Source: a bacterium (GTDB lineage: Bacteria > Hydrothermota > Tepidihabitantia > Tepidihabitantales > Tepidihabitantaceae). Taken from it: a stretch of 17,583 nt of DNA. The translations under genes and the position numbers were made by a program. The DNA is taken from assembly GCA_046485285.1 (NCBI GenBank), contig JAWOHE010000024.1, positions 1 through 17,583 of the forward strand, read 5' to 3'. Position 1 is the first letter of the stretch; every line of letters begins with the position of its first letter. Shown here piece after piece: positions 15,813 through 17,583 of the stretch. The notes below the pieces were generated by a model. It was not told the origin of the DNA and ran no database searches. It saw only the letters and a list, made by a program, of their open reading frames with translations.

Positions 15813-17583
15813 TGCTCGCGCTTGCCATCGCCCTGCTCGCGCTCGGCTTCGTCCCCACCCCGGAGCCGGACGACGAACCGGCTCGGTTCCTGCGCGCGCC
15901 CCGACCCGGCGCGCTGCGCCCCCTCGCCCGGCCGGCCCACGGCTACGACGTCCGCCACTACCGGCTCGACATCGACCTGCCGATGACCGACGACGGCTAC
16001 GACTGCCGAGAGGAAGTCAGCGTCCTGAGCGAGCGCCCGGTCCTCGGCAGCCTCCCGCTCGACTTCGACAGCCTTGTCTGTGACTCGGTCCGCCGCGCGG
16101 GCGAAACCTGCGGGTTCACCGCCGGCTCCGGCCGCCTCGACATCACCCTCGACCCGCCACTCCTGCTCGGCGAGTCCGCGGTCATCGAGATCTTCTTCCG
16201 CCGCGTGCCCGGCACCACCCAGGTCGGCTACTTCTTCGCCGCCCCGCCCCGCATTCGCTACGCCCACGCGATGACCTGCGGCTGTCCGACCGACAACCAC
16301 TTCTGGTTCGCCTGCTGGGACCACCCGTCGGACAAGGCCGACCGCGGCGTCGAGCTCAACCTCACCCTGCCCGACACCTTCCAGACCTGCGCGGTCGGGC
16401 TCTGCGACTCGGTCACCGACAACGGCAACGGCACCCGGACCTGGTGGTGGCGCCACCCCTACCCGATTGCGACCTACCTGATGAGCTTCTCCGCCTCGCG
16501 GTTCGCCTCCTGGGACTCATGGTTCGTCAACACCGGCGGCGACACCGTCCCGGTCCGTCACTGGATGTGGCCCGAGGACTCGGCCGCGACCCGCACCGGT
16601 TATCGCCGCCTGCCCGAGATGATCGCCTTCTACACCCGGCCCGACGTCTTCGGCGCCTACCCGTTCGAGAAGTTCGGTCACGTCCCCGGCTACTTCGGCT
16701 TCCCTTGGGGCGGGATGGAACACCAGACGCTGGTGATGCTCAACGCCGGCTACATCAGCGGCGGCCACGAATCCACCATCGCCCACGAACTCTCGCACAT
16801 GTGGTGGGGTGACATGGTCACCCACGTCGACTACCCCGACGTCTGGCTCAACGAGGGCTTCGCGACCTACGCCGAGTGCCTCTGCATGGGCGCGCTCAAC
16901 GGCCGCAACTACTTCAACACCTTCCTCGGCGGCAAGGAGCGGACCTACATCTCGCGCGACCGCTACCTCCGGATGCCGATTTACGACCCGCCCTGGGAGC
17001 TCATCTACGACTACGGCCATATCTACTGCAAGGGCGCGCTTGTCCAGCACATGCTTCGCTGGGTGATGGGCGATACCGCCTGGGACGCGCCCGGCGTCTT
17101 CTTCGAAACCCAGCGCGCCTGGGGCGACAACTTCCGCTACGGCACCGCCGCGACCGAGGACTACCGCCGCATCGCCGAGCAGTTCCACGGCGAGGACCTC
17201 GGCTGGTTCTTCGACGAATGGGTCTACCAGGCCGGCTACCCGAAGTACAGCCTCGAGTGGACCGGCAATGACTCGCGCATCGTCACGACCATCGGCCAGC
17301 AGAACGGCGCGCAGGCCCCGGACTTCTTCCGCATCCCCCTGCCGGTGCGCGTCACCGGCCCGGGCTTCGATACCCTCGTCACGATCAGGCCGCAGGCCAA
17401 CCCGCAGCTTGACACCTTCCTCCTGCCCGGCCCGGCCGCAAGCGTCGTTGTTGACCCGGACAACTGGGTGCTCGACTCCTGCTATGTCACCGGCGTCGCC
17501 GAGGGCGACACCGCCCCGCGCCCGGCACGCCGCCTGCTCTCGGTCGCGCCCAACCCGGCCCGGGGCGCGGTCCGCTTCGAGCT
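15812..17583 (+). CDS. Secreted M1-family zinc aminopeptidase with start of a T9SS-type CTD; 3'-truncated by the window edge
   Basis: Not in the ORF track because it has no stop in the window. ATG overlaps the asd stop (TGATG). Hydrophobic N-terminus MLALAIALLALGF, YDVRHYRLDI, GGMEHQT (from 16709), HELSH (16784-16798), WLNEGFATY, YCKGA, WFFDEW; ends VTGVAE...LSVAPNPARGAVRFE. Confidence 0.93.
   Translation, partial: MLALAIALLALGFVPTPEPDDEPARFLRAPRPGALRPLARPAHGYDVRHYRLDIDLPMTDDGYDCREEVSVLSERPVLGSLPLDFDSLVCDSVRRAGETCGFTAGSGRLDITLDPPLLLGESAVIEIFFRRVPGTTQVGYFFAAPPRIRYAHAMTCGCPTDNHFWFACWDHPSDKADRGVELNLTLPDTFQTCAVGLCDSVTDNGNGTRTWWWRHPYPIATYLMSFSASRFASWDSWFVNTGGDTVPVRHWMWPEDSAATRTGYRRLPEMIAFYTRPDVFGAYPFEKFGHVPGYFGFPWGGMEHQTLVMLNAGYISGGHESTIAHELSHMWWGDMVTHVDYPDVWLNEGFATYAECLCMGALNGRNYFNTFLGGKERTYISRDRYLRMPIYDPPWELIYDYGHIYCKGALVQHMLRWVMGDTAWDAPGVFFETQRAWGDNFRYGTAATEDYRRIAEQFHGEDLGWFFDEWVYQAGYPKYSLEWTGNDSRIVTTIGQQNGAQAPDFFRIPLPVRVTGPGFDTLVTIRPQANPQLDTFLLPGPAASVVVDPDNWVLDSCYVTGVAEGDTAPRPARRLLSVAPNPARGAVRFE

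Noticed and set aside
15320..17463. Minus-strand and short plus-strand ORFs over the right end
   Set aside because: The region is occupied by asd and the open-ended M1 peptidase frame, which has all catalytic motifs.
1..17583. CRISPR array, tRNA/rRNA or prophage
   Set aside because: No regularly spaced repeats, cloverleaf or rRNA signatures seen by eye; ORF6N and DUF1016 alone do not define a prophage, and there is no integrase or structural gene.

Overview
Very GC-rich bacterial chromosomal window. The gene content (a C25/PorU-like protease, several secreted proteins with T9SS/FlgD-type C-terminal domains, a small beta-barrel OMP) suggests a diderm FCB-associated lineage such as candidate division WOR-3; this is inference, not verified. 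From left to right: the 3' end and right terminus of an IS256-family element; a YhcG/DUF1016 PD-(D/E)XK protein; a 1298-aa C25/PorU-like protease; chrA; a very acidic small protein; a probable DUF6508-ORF6N-SnoaL-like operon; an RRM RNA-binding protein with a long structured leader; a helical lipoprotein; two CTD-bearing secreted proteins; an OMP; galE; asd; and a secreted M1 aminopeptidase that runs off the right end. No CRISPR array, rRNA or tRNA was seen. The most notable signals are: (1) a stereotyped TTGxxx-N16-(T/C)AnnnT-N6-8-start promoter architecture implying widespread leaderless mRNAs; (2) strong enrichment of Bacteroidota-type O-glycosylation sequons D-(S/T)-(A/I/L/V/M/T) in the CTD-bearing secreted proteins; (3) a SnoaL-like ORF that seems to start at ACG; (4) two pseudoknot-capable 5' leaders, one resembling a c-di-GMP-II riboswitch. 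I cannot claim a clearly new multi-gene system; these are candidate signals.
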